Virus record (IMG/VR): IMGVR_UViG_3300026512_000004
Span: 20,653-84,652 of that record
Length of the DNA stretch: 64,000 nt
Strand: one strand, 5' to 3'
DNA from: a virus
Taxonomy: Duplodnaviria; Heunggongvirae; Uroviricota; Caudoviricetes
Numbering within the stretch: the stretch's first letter is position 1; each line of letters opens with the position of its first letter. The position numbers were made by a program, and so were the translations under genes. The notes beneath the pieces were generated by a model. That model ran no database searches and was not told where the DNA came from. It saw nothing but the letters and a program-made list of their open reading frames with translations. This document shows, one piece after another, positions 1 through 10,300 of this stretch.

Positions 1-90
1 AAACCAGCTCCGGAGGTCAAAGTATAGAATTATTAAGAATACTTTTTAAAGCTATGGCACTTAAATTCTAGCAAGATATAGATATTTAAT

Positions 91-657
91 ATGATCTCAC
101 TTGTTGACATAGTTGACGAATACAGTATCGATACTATTACCTTTCTCGAGGACCAACGCGAGAAGGCAGACATTATAAATGCTGTTCTTGCTCAAGTGAA
201 GGAGTTTAAAGATTTGGGTATTGATCTTGTTTCTTCGTTGCCTTCTGACATCAAACAGGAAGCTCTTGATAATTTTTGGAGCTATATTTCAGATAAACAG
301 TACTTTGCTATTATTGATGATAGGTTTAAGTTACCGATATACATGTTTATGATAGTCGATAACTTTAGATACCTAGTACCTTCAATATTAGACCAGCCTA
401 ATCTTTACACACGTACCATTTTGATCAATAGATATAATAATGCAATCGATAAAATTTGTGAACGCATACTGAAGTTAAAAGCGTTAGCGAGATCACAAGA
501 CACGAAAGATAAACTTGATCAGATAATTGTACGATTTCAATTGTACAAGATATTTGTTAAAAACATTAACGATGAATACATTGAGTGGTTGAGTAAAGCA
601 GTGAACAAAAACTTAGACCAACTAATTTTGGCAAGTAGTGGTGGTTATGCAAACTGA
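91..657 (+). CDS. hypothetical protein
   Basis: 188-aa ORF, no recognisable motif; co-directional with early gene block. Confidence 0.45.
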   Translation: MISLVDIVDEYSIDTITFLEDQREKADIINAVLAQVKEFKDLGIDLVSSLPSDIKQEALDNFWSYISDKQYFAIIDDRFKLPIYMFMIVDNFRYLVPSILDQPNLYTRTILINRYNNAIDKICERILKLKALARSQDTKDKLDQIIVRFQLYKIFVKNINDEYIEWLSKAVNKNLDQLILASSGGYAN

Positions 658-1156
658 ACTTTTTGAGACAGTTTCAATTAACAAGGTAACTGAAACACCT
701 AGTGCAGATGCTGACAAGTCAACTTTAGATAAGTCACAAATCTTATCAGATGTCAAGGAGTACGTTAAATTAAGAGAGGAAATCAATAAATTAGACAAGA
801 AAAGTAAAGACATTAAAAATCGCATTGTTAGTGTACTTAAAGAACAACGTACTCGTAAAATTGAAGTCGAAGACGAACATGTTAGAGGAACTGTAACTCT
901 TGTTAAAAACCGTGACACGTATGGACTTGACGAAGAAAGATTCTGTTCCGAGTTGATTGATGAGTTTACTGGACTTGTTGATAAGTGGTTCGAGAAAATA
1001 GGAGAATATCTTAGAGAGAAGGGAATTGAGACTGAACTGCCTAAACCTCGTATCCAAATTATCGAAGATATAGTGTTTAAGACTCGTAAAAGATGTATAA
1101 AAATGGTAAGGAAAGGTGGAGAGCGTTTTGTTGTAACTCTCAAACCTAAGGTATGA
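638..1156 (+). CDS. hypothetical protein (Lys/Glu-rich)
   Basis: 172-aa ORF; overlaps the previous stop; charged, coiled-coil-like composition. Confidence 0.45.
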   Translation: MVVMQTELFETVSINKVTETPSADADKSTLDKSQILSDVKEYVKLREEINKLDKKSKDIKNRIVSVLKEQRTRKIEVEDEHVRGTVTLVKNRDTYGLDEERFCSELIDEFTGLVDKWFEKIGEYLREKGIETELPKPRIQIIEDIVFKTRKRCIKMVRKGGERFVVTLKPKV

Positions 1157-1449
1157 GGGCTATGAAAATTGCTGTTCTTTCTACCACAGACGGTAAGACG
1201 TACATCGGTCGAAAACGGCGTACAAAGAAGGGTGTTGTTCTTACAGATCCTGCTCTTCTCGATATTGACACTTTAGACATGCAACGTTTGCCTTTAGATA
1301 CTGTTCTAATACCTTACGATAAAATAGTCCTTTATGGCGACCCCAAACGTTCTATCGTGAATAACTATTACAACTTGTTTGCTAAGGTTAAGAAAACTGT
1401 ACGCAAAGAAAATAACATCATTTACTTACCATTAGCCGTGCACAGCTGA
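1153..1449 (+). CDS. hypothetical protein
   Basis: 98-aa ORF, ATGA-type overlap with upstream gene. Confidence 0.4.
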   Translation: MRAMKIAVLSTTDGKTYIGRKRRTKKGVVLTDPALLDIDTLDMQRLPLDTVLIPYDKIVLYGDPKRSIVNNYYNLFAKVKKTVRKENNIIYLPLAVHS

Positions 1450-1457
1450 GGACAACC

Positions 1458-1754
1458 ATGTCTGAACTCTTCTTAACACGTGAACAGCGTTTTAACATTG
1501 TGCAAAAAACAGCACCTTCGATACTTGACACTTACGGATACCAAATAAGTAACATTGATCGTGAACACAGTGTTATCGTCTTTTTTCGTGAAACACCGGT
1601 AAAATTTGAGACCGATAAAGAACGTGACGACTATGTGACTAAGATATCAAGTCAATTGTATCAAGCTTATTGTAAAGAGGTTGGAGGTAAAGATGCTACG
1701 TTAATATTGAGTGTCGAAGTAGATGGTCCAAAGCTGGAGATTAAAGTGTTATGA
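1458..1754 (+). CDS. hypothetical protein
   Basis: 98-aa ORF, overlaps the downstream start. Confidence 0.4.
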   Translation: MSELFLTREQRFNIVQKTAPSILDTYGYQISNIDREHSVIVFFRETPVKFETDKERDDYVTKISSQLYQAYCKEVGGKDATLILSVEVDGPKLEIKVL

Positions 1755-2413
1755 TCAAAGCGTTTAAAGGAACATCTACAGTTGATTATCCGGATAAGCT
1801 AGCTTCCGTTGTCTTTACAGGTGGATGTAATTGGCGTTGTCCTTTTTGTTACAACATTGATTTAGTTTTACCTGAAAGATTGAAACAATTATCCGATATA
1901 CCTGAAAATGAAATTATTAGTCAACTTAAACGACGCCAAGGATTTATACATGGTGTTGTCATAACTGGTGGTGAACCTACTATTTGGGGTGATCGTTTAA
2001 TCAGTTTTATTAAACGTGTTAGAAAAGAAACGAATTTACTTATCAAACTAGATACAAATGGTAGCAATCCAGATGTCGTACAAGAATTGCTTCCGTACCT
2101 AGATTACATAGCAATTGATTTTAAAACTGGTCCTGAAAAATACCATATACTCGGTGGTAATTTCGAGACAGTACAGAAAACGTTTTCTATTGTCCAAGAT
2201 GTGCCGCATGAAATACGTCTAACTCTTGCTATGATTACTGAAGAAGACCTAGAACAAATGCTACCGTACTTAGAAAATAAAGTAATTGCAGTACAAAAGT
2301 TTTTTCACGGTGTTAATACTTTAGACCCTAATTTTACACCTAGTAAGATATCGCCAGAATACGTTTGTGAACGAGTAGGCCAAGTAGCGAAAAAACTATT
2401 AAGGAGGTTGTAA
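1751..2413 (+). CDS. nrdG: radical SAM protein, anaerobic ribonucleotide reductase activase-like
   Basis: N-terminal GGCNWRCPFCYN (CxxxCxxC followed by YN as in NrdG: GCxHxCxGCYN); glycine-rich VVITGGEPT SAM-binding motif. Confidence 0.55.
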   Translation: MIKAFKGTSTVDYPDKLASVVFTGGCNWRCPFCYNIDLVLPERLKQLSDIPENEIISQLKRRQGFIHGVVITGGEPTIWGDRLISFIKRVRKETNLLIKLDTNGSNPDVVQELLPYLDYIAIDFKTGPEKYHILGGNFETVQKTFSIVQDVPHEIRLTLAMITEEDLEQMLPYLENKVIAVQKFFHGVNTLDPNFTPSKISPEYVCERVGQVAKKLLRRL

Positions 2414-2417
2414 CTAT

Positions 2418-3119
2418 ATGCAGATAGTAGCAAAAATGAGTCCCGCAGAATTCGACGAATTGCTCAAAGTACTTAAGATTTTTGCATCTAATAAGAGTTT
2501 GTCGGTGCGTCAGAATACTATTGTTCAGTCCATCGGGACTTCCATTGTTAAAGCTACTTGTTCAGTTAATGTTCCTGATTTAGACATTTCAGATTTAAGT
2601 ACTATTAAATTCTTAGAGAACTTGAAGAGAACTACAAATGATATCGAGTTCTACGATTTAGGTCCACTCTATCTTATCACGAATAATGAAATTAGTATCA
2701 AAATACCGAAAGCACATTCTACTGAGACACCTCCTGATTCGAAGATTGTTGGTGATATTTTGGATACCGTAAAAATAGATGATGTATTTGCTCAGGCTAT
2801 TGCGACTTATACTCGTGATATGGTAGCCAATATACATATTACTGAAGACGAGAAACTGTTAGGTATTAGTACCAATGAGGTTGATATTTTAATGCCTAGA
2901 TATATTGGCCAGATTCCTATAACACAAATGGAACAGCATACTAAGACCAAACTGAAATCTAAAACGTTTATGCCTGTGAGGATAAAGAGTACTTATACGT
3001 TTACCCTATTAAAGTCGAATAATAACTACTATCTACAGACTACTTGCACTATTGGTAATTCTACTATTGACGCGTATGAAGCACTGGAAAACATGGATTC
3101 ACTAGATGCAATAATCTAG
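2418..3119 (+). CDS. hypothetical protein; possibly sliding clamp (T4 gp45-like)
   Basis: 233 aa, similar in length to T4 gp45 (228 aa); weak N-terminal resemblance to gp45 (LLKxF/AxxxS); no motif proof. Confidence 0.25.
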   Translation: MQIVAKMSPAEFDELLKVLKIFASNKSLSVRQNTIVQSIGTSIVKATCSVNVPDLDISDLSTIKFLENLKRTTNDIEFYDLGPLYLITNNEISIKIPKAHSTETPPDSKIVGDILDTVKIDDVFAQAIATYTRDMVANIHITEDEKLLGISTNEVDILMPRYIGQIPITQMEQHTKTKLKSKTFMPVRIKSTYTFTLLKSNNNYYLQTTCTIGNSTIDAYEALENMDSLDAII

Positions 3120-3198
3120 GATATTTTGAGGGGTCCATTTGGACCCCGTATTAAAACTGCTATCTTAGACGCGTTATGCATAAATCTTCTCGTCTAAA

Positions 3199-4074
3199 GT
3201 GATCAAAGAGCGAATTCTTCAACACTTACAGTCCATTTCTACACTTCTCAAACAAGTTCGACCACACGAATATCAGCTCTTCTGTCCCTACTGTAACGAC
3301 GCTCACAGAAAGCCAAATCCCCGCCATGGACATTTATACGTTTTAATCGATACTGATACACACACCTATTTATTTCATTGTTTTCGCTGTGATGCGTCTG
3401 GTCATTTGACCAAACTTTTGCTAGACACAGGATTTACTGACCAAGAAGTACTTCAAGTTTTAAAGAAGAAAGGTAAGTTCACTGTCTCAACTAGATTAGT
3501 TTATCCAACTGAAAAGCGTTTTAAAACGAATTACAGTGTTTTCAGACAAACAATTCAGTATTTCTATCAAAGAACTGGTGTCCACCAATATTGGTATTTT
3601 GGTGTTCAGCCGATTGGACGTCAAGAACTATATGCACTAAACTTCTTTAATAGTCTTGGAATCCACGTGTGTACTCGTGAAATTAAAAAGAGACGATTTC
3701 ATAAATACGGCAGTTATTACTTCTTCCAAGAGCCGCATGAGATTATTTCAAGAAGTATAGTAATATGTGAGGGTCCATTTGATGCTATCAACGCAAAACT
3801 CTACCATTTTAGAGACAATTTTGTATTAGCGGCTTTAGGCAAAGCATCTTTCATTTCGTGTTTTGAATGGGTACTACAGACATTCTATTGTTACTTAAAA
3901 CCAGGAACAACAGTTAAATACGTGTTGGACTCTGATGTTAAACGTTGGAAACATTTAATACGTTATACACAACAATTATTTGACATTTATAATATTGAAG
4001 GACACGTAGAGATATATAGAAGTGAAAAAGACGACATAGCTGATTATGGGCTGCTAGAGAGACTTTACGGATAG
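3199..4074 (+). CDS. DNA primase (DnaG-type zinc finger + Toprim)
   Basis: CPYCNDAH...HCFRCDASGH resembles DnaG CPFH...HCFGCGAGG zinc-binding region; VICEGPFDAI Toprim-like EGxxD; GTG start with poor SD so the start is uncertain. Confidence 0.5.
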   Translation: MIKERILQHLQSISTLLKQVRPHEYQLFCPYCNDAHRKPNPRHGHLYVLIDTDTHTYLFHCFRCDASGHLTKLLLDTGFTDQEVLQVLKKKGKFTVSTRLVYPTEKRFKTNYSVFRQTIQYFYQRTGVHQYWYFGVQPIGRQELYALNFFNSLGIHVCTREIKKRRFHKYGSYYFFQEPHEIISRSIVICEGPFDAINAKLYHFRDNFVLAALGKASFISCFEWVLQTFYCYLKPGTTVKYVLDSDVKRWKHLIRYTQQLFDIYNIEGHVEIYRSEKDDIADYGLLERLYG

Positions 4075-4123
4075 TCCTTAATGACTCTAAGCTAAAGGAC
4101 ATTTAACTAGGCGGAAGTCTATA

Positions 4124-4348
4124 ATGAGAGACAAACTAGGCTGGTTAGGACTGATACTGTTAGTAGTGACATACATAATTTATGCGTTCATTAACAACTT
4201 ATTGTTGTTCACAATTAGCAATATAACTGCAACTACTGTACTAACAATTTACGCTTTTCTTAAACGTGATATCGTGTTTACATTAGTAAATGGGTTCATT
4301 GATGTTATGTTAGGAATTAAGTTATGCAAGTTGCTTCTAAATCTTTAG
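4124..4348 (+). CDS. small hydrophobic membrane protein
   Basis: 74 aa with two predicted TM stretches (LGWLGLILLVVTYIIYAFI, TVLTIYAFL). Confidence 0.35.
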   Translation: MRDKLGWLGLILLVVTYIIYAFINNLLLFTISNITATTVLTIYAFLKRDIVFTLVNGFIDVMLGIKLCKLLLNL

Positions 4349-4731
4349 AACAGTTGACAGATATTCTGGATAAGTATAAAGATAAGATAGAATGTGTTTC
4401 ACTATCAGGATCTACAATTGTACTAACTTTTGGAGATAACGTTGATGATATACCAAGTCATATACGTATTAAACTATTAAGTGGTGAAGACATTATTCGC
4501 TGTGTAGAATTGTTAGATAACATAGATTTGTTTGAGGGTACACTTACGATATGGTATAATGTGAAGCAGATAGACAGAGTTGAAGCAACTTGGAACGGCT
4601 ATATAATGTACTTTAGAAGTGGCAGGGCAGTTTTTCTCACAAGAGATCTTGTAGAGATGTATTTATATTATCATAAGAATACACGTTTAGCCCAATTTCT
4701 CCAACGTGCAATTTTGGAATATGAGTTGTGA
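4324..4731 (+). CDS. hypothetical protein
   Basis: 135-aa ORF. Confidence 0.4.
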   Translation: MQVASKSLEQLTDILDKYKDKIECVSLSGSTIVLTFGDNVDDIPSHIRIKLLSGEDIIRCVELLDNIDLFEGTLTIWYNVKQIDRVEATWNGYIMYFRSGRAVFLTRDLVEMYLYYHKNTRLAQFLQRAILEYEL

Positions 4732-4790
4732 TTAATATACAAAGAGTCACTTCTAACGAATTTAAAGACTATGTAGAGGTGTAATCGACT

Positions 4791-6065
4791 ATGTATAGAT
4801 TGCTTCATTTATATGCTGAATATGGACGATACATAACTTATAGACGTGGAATACCGTTTATTTATGATATGTTAGTTCCGGTACAACGTCGTATTCTCAT
4901 AGTTGCTTATGACGAATACAAACGTTCTAAATCACTTGTTCATTCTGCTAGTATTGTTGGTATGACACTTGCTAAATACCATCCTCATGGCGACCAAGCG
5001 TGTTATGAAGCATTAGTCAAATTAGCAAAACAAGGTTATCTGGAAGATCCAGGATGTTTTGGTTCTGAAGGGTTACAAGACACACCGCCTGCAGCTATGA
5101 GGTACACCGCAACACGTTTAAAAGATTGGGTAGCTGCTTTATGTTTTGAATATATCAAACACGTACCTACAGTTACACTTGAAAAAGAACCAGAACCTCT
5201 CTATTTACCTAGCCCTATTCCCTTGGGATTGATAGGTAAAGGATTCTTCCACGGCATTACTTTTCACAAGACAACTATTCCTAAATACACTATAGACGAT
5301 TTGTATAAACGACTTCTCTACTTGTTAGGTAAAGGTGAAAAATATGTACCAAAACCTAATCTGCCCGGTTGTGATATAGAGGCTACCGAAGAGCAATTAG
5401 AAAAAGTATTTACAGTTGGTAAAACTGACTTTACTATTTATCCTCACGTCGAGAAACACAATAAAGGTTCACTGATACTCGGTAAAAACCCGCTACGAAA
5501 GTTCGACGCACTTATAAAATACTGTAACGAAAACAAGATAGCAATACGAGATTTGTCTGGTAAAGATGTCGAAATATGGGTCAACCTGGATCCAGATACA
5601 GTCCGTAGTTTGACTAAAGCGGTAGCATACGTTGATGTACATGTCGTTGATAACTTTGATTACACAAAGCCTGTAAAAATAAGGACAGTACCTTTAGATA
5701 AAGTACTATTAACAGCTTACGAGAATTGGGTTAAAATTGTTCAAAAGGACATTAGTGATCAAATTAAAAGTGTTGAACAGAAGATTAACGAGTTACAATA
5801 CATACGGAAAATTCGTGACGTCTATCGCAAATATAAACCCGATTCTCTAAACGCTTTGTTAGATGTGTATAACAAAGTTTATCCGCAAGACAATGTGGAG
5901 GTAATTAGAGACATTTGTAAACGTTATAGTATTTCTACGTTATTAGATGTAGCTGTTAATCTGAATAACTGGACAGATAAATTGGAACAACTGAAAAACA
6001 TTAATTTGGGACAGTTTTGTCAGGATAAAATTAATGAATACTTGACTATTGCAGCTGGAAATTAG
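4791..6065 (+). CDS. type II DNA topoisomerase medium subunit (GyrA-like breakage-reunion domain, T4 gp52-like)
   Basis: AKYHPHGDQACYEALVKLAKQ matches the GyrA/ParC/gp52 KYHPHGD-S-YD active-site region; 424 aa, similar in size to T4 gp52 (442 aa). Confidence 0.75.
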   Translation: MYRLLHLYAEYGRYITYRRGIPFIYDMLVPVQRRILIVAYDEYKRSKSLVHSASIVGMTLAKYHPHGDQACYEALVKLAKQGYLEDPGCFGSEGLQDTPPAAMRYTATRLKDWVAALCFEYIKHVPTVTLEKEPEPLYLPSPIPLGLIGKGFFHGITFHKTTIPKYTIDDLYKRLLYLLGKGEKYVPKPNLPGCDIEATEEQLEKVFTVGKTDFTIYPHVEKHNKGSLILGKNPLRKFDALIKYCNENKIAIRDLSGKDVEIWVNLDPDTVRSLTKAVAYVDVHVVDNFDYTKPVKIRTVPLDKVLLTAYENWVKIVQKDISDQIKSVEQKINELQYIRKIRDVYRKYKPDSLNALLDVYNKVYPQDNVEVIRDICKRYSISTLLDVAVNLNNWTDKLEQLKNINLGQFCQDKINEYLTIAAGN

Positions 6066-6086
6066 TTTATTGTCTCAGATTGAGCT

Positions 6087-6884
6087 ATGTTTGTAGAGAT
6101 TGTCACAGACGAGGATAGACAATTGTTTCGACAATTGGTTGCCAATGTCCCTACAATATTGGAAAATACGGGTGTAAGTGCAAGAAGACAACGTCAACTC
6201 GCAGTAAGGCGGGACGTGCATATTAAACCATATTGTTTCCATCCTGTTGTTTGTACTTGTTGTTTCTTAGTTTCAGATAAGTATCCTAAGCGATGCCTAT
6301 GTGATATAAATGTAGATATTGTATTCACATCATGTAAGTCAGATACTTATTTGTTCGGTATGGTTCATCGGACACCGTTTACTTGTACTTTACTTTTAAA
6401 TAGGTCTAAAAAAGTTTATAAGGATCCTAATTACCTCGATCTAATGAGATATATAAACAAGTCTGCGATAGATACATTATATACGAATGCAGATTCACCT
6501 GTTGTTACATATTCTGTAAATCCGGTTATCACCACATGTCCCAGTGCTCTCTTTCTTAAAACAGTTAGATTAACAAGGTTGATAGATATACTTGAAAAGT
6601 GGACAATCGGCAACACACCAAAAACCGGTTCTTGTGTATCCTTTTGGCGGGAAGATTTTGATGTACCAGACGATTATAAAATACCGGATAACTGGGAATA
6701 TTGGATTAAAGTAGCTGAGAAACTTAAGTTAATTAAGTATACAAGCTTAGATACACTAGCAATGCTTAAGTTACCAAAGTACGGAACAATAGGTACAATA
6801 TGTCACTATGATAATGCAAGAGCGTGGTTCTATTGGATGTCGAAGTTAGGTTTAGATCGTAAAGTCCTGCAAAAAGAATTGTAA
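6087..6884 (+). CDS. hypothetical Cys-rich protein
   Basis: 265 aa; CTCCF...CLCD...C cluster. Confidence 0.4.
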   Translation: MFVEIVTDEDRQLFRQLVANVPTILENTGVSARRQRQLAVRRDVHIKPYCFHPVVCTCCFLVSDKYPKRCLCDINVDIVFTSCKSDTYLFGMVHRTPFTCTLLLNRSKKVYKDPNYLDLMRYINKSAIDTLYTNADSPVVTYSVNPVITTCPSALFLKTVRLTRLIDILEKWTIGNTPKTGSCVSFWREDFDVPDDYKIPDNWEYWIKVAEKLKLIKYTSLDTLAMLKLPKYGTIGTICHYDNARAWFYWMSKLGLDRKVLQKEL

Positions 6885-6916
6885 GACAATAAAACTAGTT
6901 CAAAGGAGGGTTACAA

Positions 6917-7204
6917 ATGGTAAGTGTTAGTTCTAAAGTTACCCGTGCATTAACTAGTAGACTTGGTGATGGTAGAACAGTTGATAAGAATATCTACAAT
7001 TTAGTCCATGGTACACTTAGAGAATTGCTTAATATCAAAAACAAATCAAGCGAAGATATTACTGCAGCCAAAGTAGTAATGTTACGTCATAATGGATTTA
7101 TGCTACACATTACCTGGAAAGATGGAAGTACTTCAAGAATCCCATTTGCAATTGATCTTGAAAGAGAACCCGTATCTTTTAAGTACAAATGGACTAATGC
7201 ATAG
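6917..7204 (+). CDS. hypothetical protein
   Basis: 95 aa; preceded by AAACTAGTTCAAAGGAGGG RBS motif. Confidence 0.45.
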   Translation: MVSVSSKVTRALTSRLGDGRTVDKNIYNLVHGTLRELLNIKNKSSEDITAAKVVMLRHNGFMLHITWKDGSTSRIPFAIDLEREPVSFKYKWTNA

Positions 7205-7334
7205 TTAACTATAGGTAAATCTTAAACTCAAGAAGACACTGTGGTGGCAACATTACACTCGGGGATACTGTTCTTTTTGTTCTTTTCTGTAAACGAGTTT
7301 CTGCACAACATTAAATTCGATAAAGGTGTTCATT

Positions 7335-10300
7335 ATGGAGAGGTTTGTCCGAAAACGCAAAGGAACTATTGTACCATTTGATCGTAATCGTATTCAAACA
7401 GCTATCGAAAAAGCATTTAATGCAACTGGTATTAAAGATGACAGAACCGTAGCGAAGGCAACAGACATCGTAGTTGACAAACTTGAACGCGATTTCTTTA
7501 GGTATGGTTCAATACCTCATGTAGAACAAATACAAGATATCGTAGAAAACACGTTGATGACATTGGGATGTACCGAAGTTGCTAAAGCTTACATACTTTA
7601 CCGTGAGAAAAGAAGACAAATACGCGAGCTGAGAGACGCCGAAGTTGATGCTATTAGTCTAATTGATGATTACTTACAACAAGTAGATTGGCGTGTAAGA
7701 GAGAACTCCAATATGACTTATAGTTTACAAGGATTGAATTTTCATATTTCTTCGTCTATTGTAGCAAGATATTGGTTACACAGGATATACCCAGAACGTG
7801 TTCGTTTGGCACATATAAATGGTGATGTACATGTACACGATCTCAATAGCTTGTCTTGTTATTGTAATGGATGGGATTTATATGACTTACTGCTACGCGG
7901 ATTTGGTGGAGTACACGGTAAGGTAGAAAGTAAACCGCCTAAACATTTTAGAACAGCTCTTGGTCAGCTAGTGAACTTTATGTATACTCTACAAGGTGAA
8001 TGTTATTCGGCTGATACTCAAGTGTTGACAGAAAGCGGCTGGAAATACTTTTGGAATGTGAGCATAAATGACAGAATCTATACGCTTAATCCAGAAACCC
8101 GGCAAATTGAACTCCAGAAACCAATAAAACTTTATGAATTTAATTATGACGGCGAACTCTACCATTTTGAAGGAGATGGATTTGACCTGTTGGTAACTCC
8201 AAACCACAATATGTTGGTTTGTGATGATTCACGTCGTCTTACATTTATCAAAGCTCATGAATTTGGACACGAACACAGTATTTTATGTTGTACAAATGGG
8301 GAAATAGATAAACAGTCTTACAGTAAAGCGTCCATTATTGAAAAAGTACCTTACAAAGGCAAAGTCTATTGTTTAGAAGTGCCTAACCATACACTTTGTG
8401 TTAGAAGAAATGGGAAAATTTGTTGGTGTGGTAATTCTGCCGGAGCGGTTGCCGTCTCCAATATAGATACACTTTTGGCTCCGTTTATCCGTTACGATGG
8501 TCTTAATTACGAGCAAGTTAAACAAGCAATACAAGAATTTATTTTCAACATGAATGTACCTACGCGTGTTGGCTTCCAAACCCCCTTTACTAATACCACT
8601 CATGACTTAGTTCCGCCCCCGACACTTAAGGACAACGCTGTTATCATTGGTGGTGAACCGCAAGATGCAACATACGGTGAATTTCAGGAAGAGATGAATA
8701 TGTTTAATCGTGCATTTTTCGAAGTAATGGCAGAAGGCGATGCAAAGGGCCGTCCATTTTCATTTCCAATACCGACTATCAACATAACTAGAGATTTTGA
8801 CTTTAACAATCCCAATTTAGACCCTTTGTGGGAAGCAACTAGACGTTTTGGTACTCCTTATTGGGCAAATTATGTTAACTCTGATATGAAACCTGAAGAT
8901 GCCAGAAGTATGTGTCTTGCACCTTCAACATGTGTGATGATTAAAGACGATAAAGACGAAATACATGTGGGACGTATTTATGAACTCTATAACAAGTTTG
9001 CTGGATGTAGCATAGAAGTACCTTATAATGGTCAATGGGTTCCTGCGAGATTTGTAAAGGTACCTTACAAACAACCGTTCTATCGTGTTAAGTTGAGTAA
9101 TGGCATCAGTCTTGATTTCACTGCCGATCATAAACATGTCACTATAGATGGAATAAAGTTAACTACTGAATTACAGCCTGGTGATTGTCTCGCATGGTCA
9201 ACGGAAATAACACCGTGGAATGGTCAAGTAGGTGATTTTGTTTATGGTTATAAACTAGCAAAAGAAAAAGGGTGTCTTAAACATTGGTTTAAACTGAGTA
9301 CAGATGCACTAGTTGGATTTCTTACATATATACTTACTGAGAACAATGGAGCTTATGGTACTTATGATAAAAATCAGGCATTACGTGTTGGATATATTGC
9401 GAATGTGTTCGGTTATTCGTATAAAATAGTCAGGATAAAAATACGTAGAGAGAATGGTGAAGAAAAAGACTTCTGGGTAACACGTATCTATAGGAACGAT
9501 AGATATGTCTTTGAAGATAAAGACCGATTTGGCTACGTGAAAATTGTAAGTATAGAGAAAATACGTAATAGATCCGGCAAAGCGTATTGTTTTGAAGTGT
9601 ATACAAATGACCACCTGTTTGAGTTACCTTGTGGACTAATAACACATAATTGTTGTAGATTACGACTTGACAATAGGGAACTGCGCAAGAGAGGAGGCGG
9701 ACTATTTGCATCTGCACCATTAACTGGGTCTATTAACGTTGTGACTATCAACATGCCGAGGATTGCTTATTTGTCTCATAGTGAAAAGGACTTCTTTGAA
9801 CGTCTTGAACAAGTTATGGAAATTGCAAAGTTGTGTCACGAAGTTAAACGCAAAGTTCTAGAAGATTTCACGGAAAAAGGTTTGTATCCGTATTCGTGTG
9901 TTTATCTAGATACTATTAAACAACGTACTGGATCCTACTGGTCAAACCACTTTTCCACTATTGGTATAGTTGGTATGCACGAAGCCTGTTTGAATTTTCT
10001 CGGAAAACCTATTTATGATCCGGAGGCAAAGAAATGGTGTATTAAAGTATTAGAGTTTATGCGTGAAAAAATATTGGAGTTTCAGGAAGAGACCGGCAAT
10101 CTGTACAACTTAGAGGCAACGCCTGCAGAATCCTGTTGTTATAGACTTGCAAAAATAGATAAGAAAAAATATCCTGGAATTATTACGTCTGGAACAGAGG
10201 AAGCACCTTATTATACCAATTCAGTACACTTACCTGTTGGCTATACGGATGATATATTTGAGATATTAGAGCACCAGGATGACCTTATGGTTCTTTTTAC

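Noticed and set aside
622-1143. Antisense ORFs within annotated genes (e.g. 622-1143, 791-1057, 7989-8207, 9430-9720, 14034-14327, 26309-26608, 34102-34374, 57658-57927, 59220-59618)
   Set aside because: They overlap ORFs with clear motifs or co-directional operon context, lack an RBS, and show the low-complexity composition typical of antisense frames in AT-rich DNA.
3199-4074. Possible QueD (HGH motif RHGHLYV)
   Set aside because: The HGH lies inside a DnaG-type zinc-finger context (CPYC...HCFRCDASGH) and is followed by a Toprim-like EGxxD. The size (291 aa) also does not fit QueD (about 120 aa).
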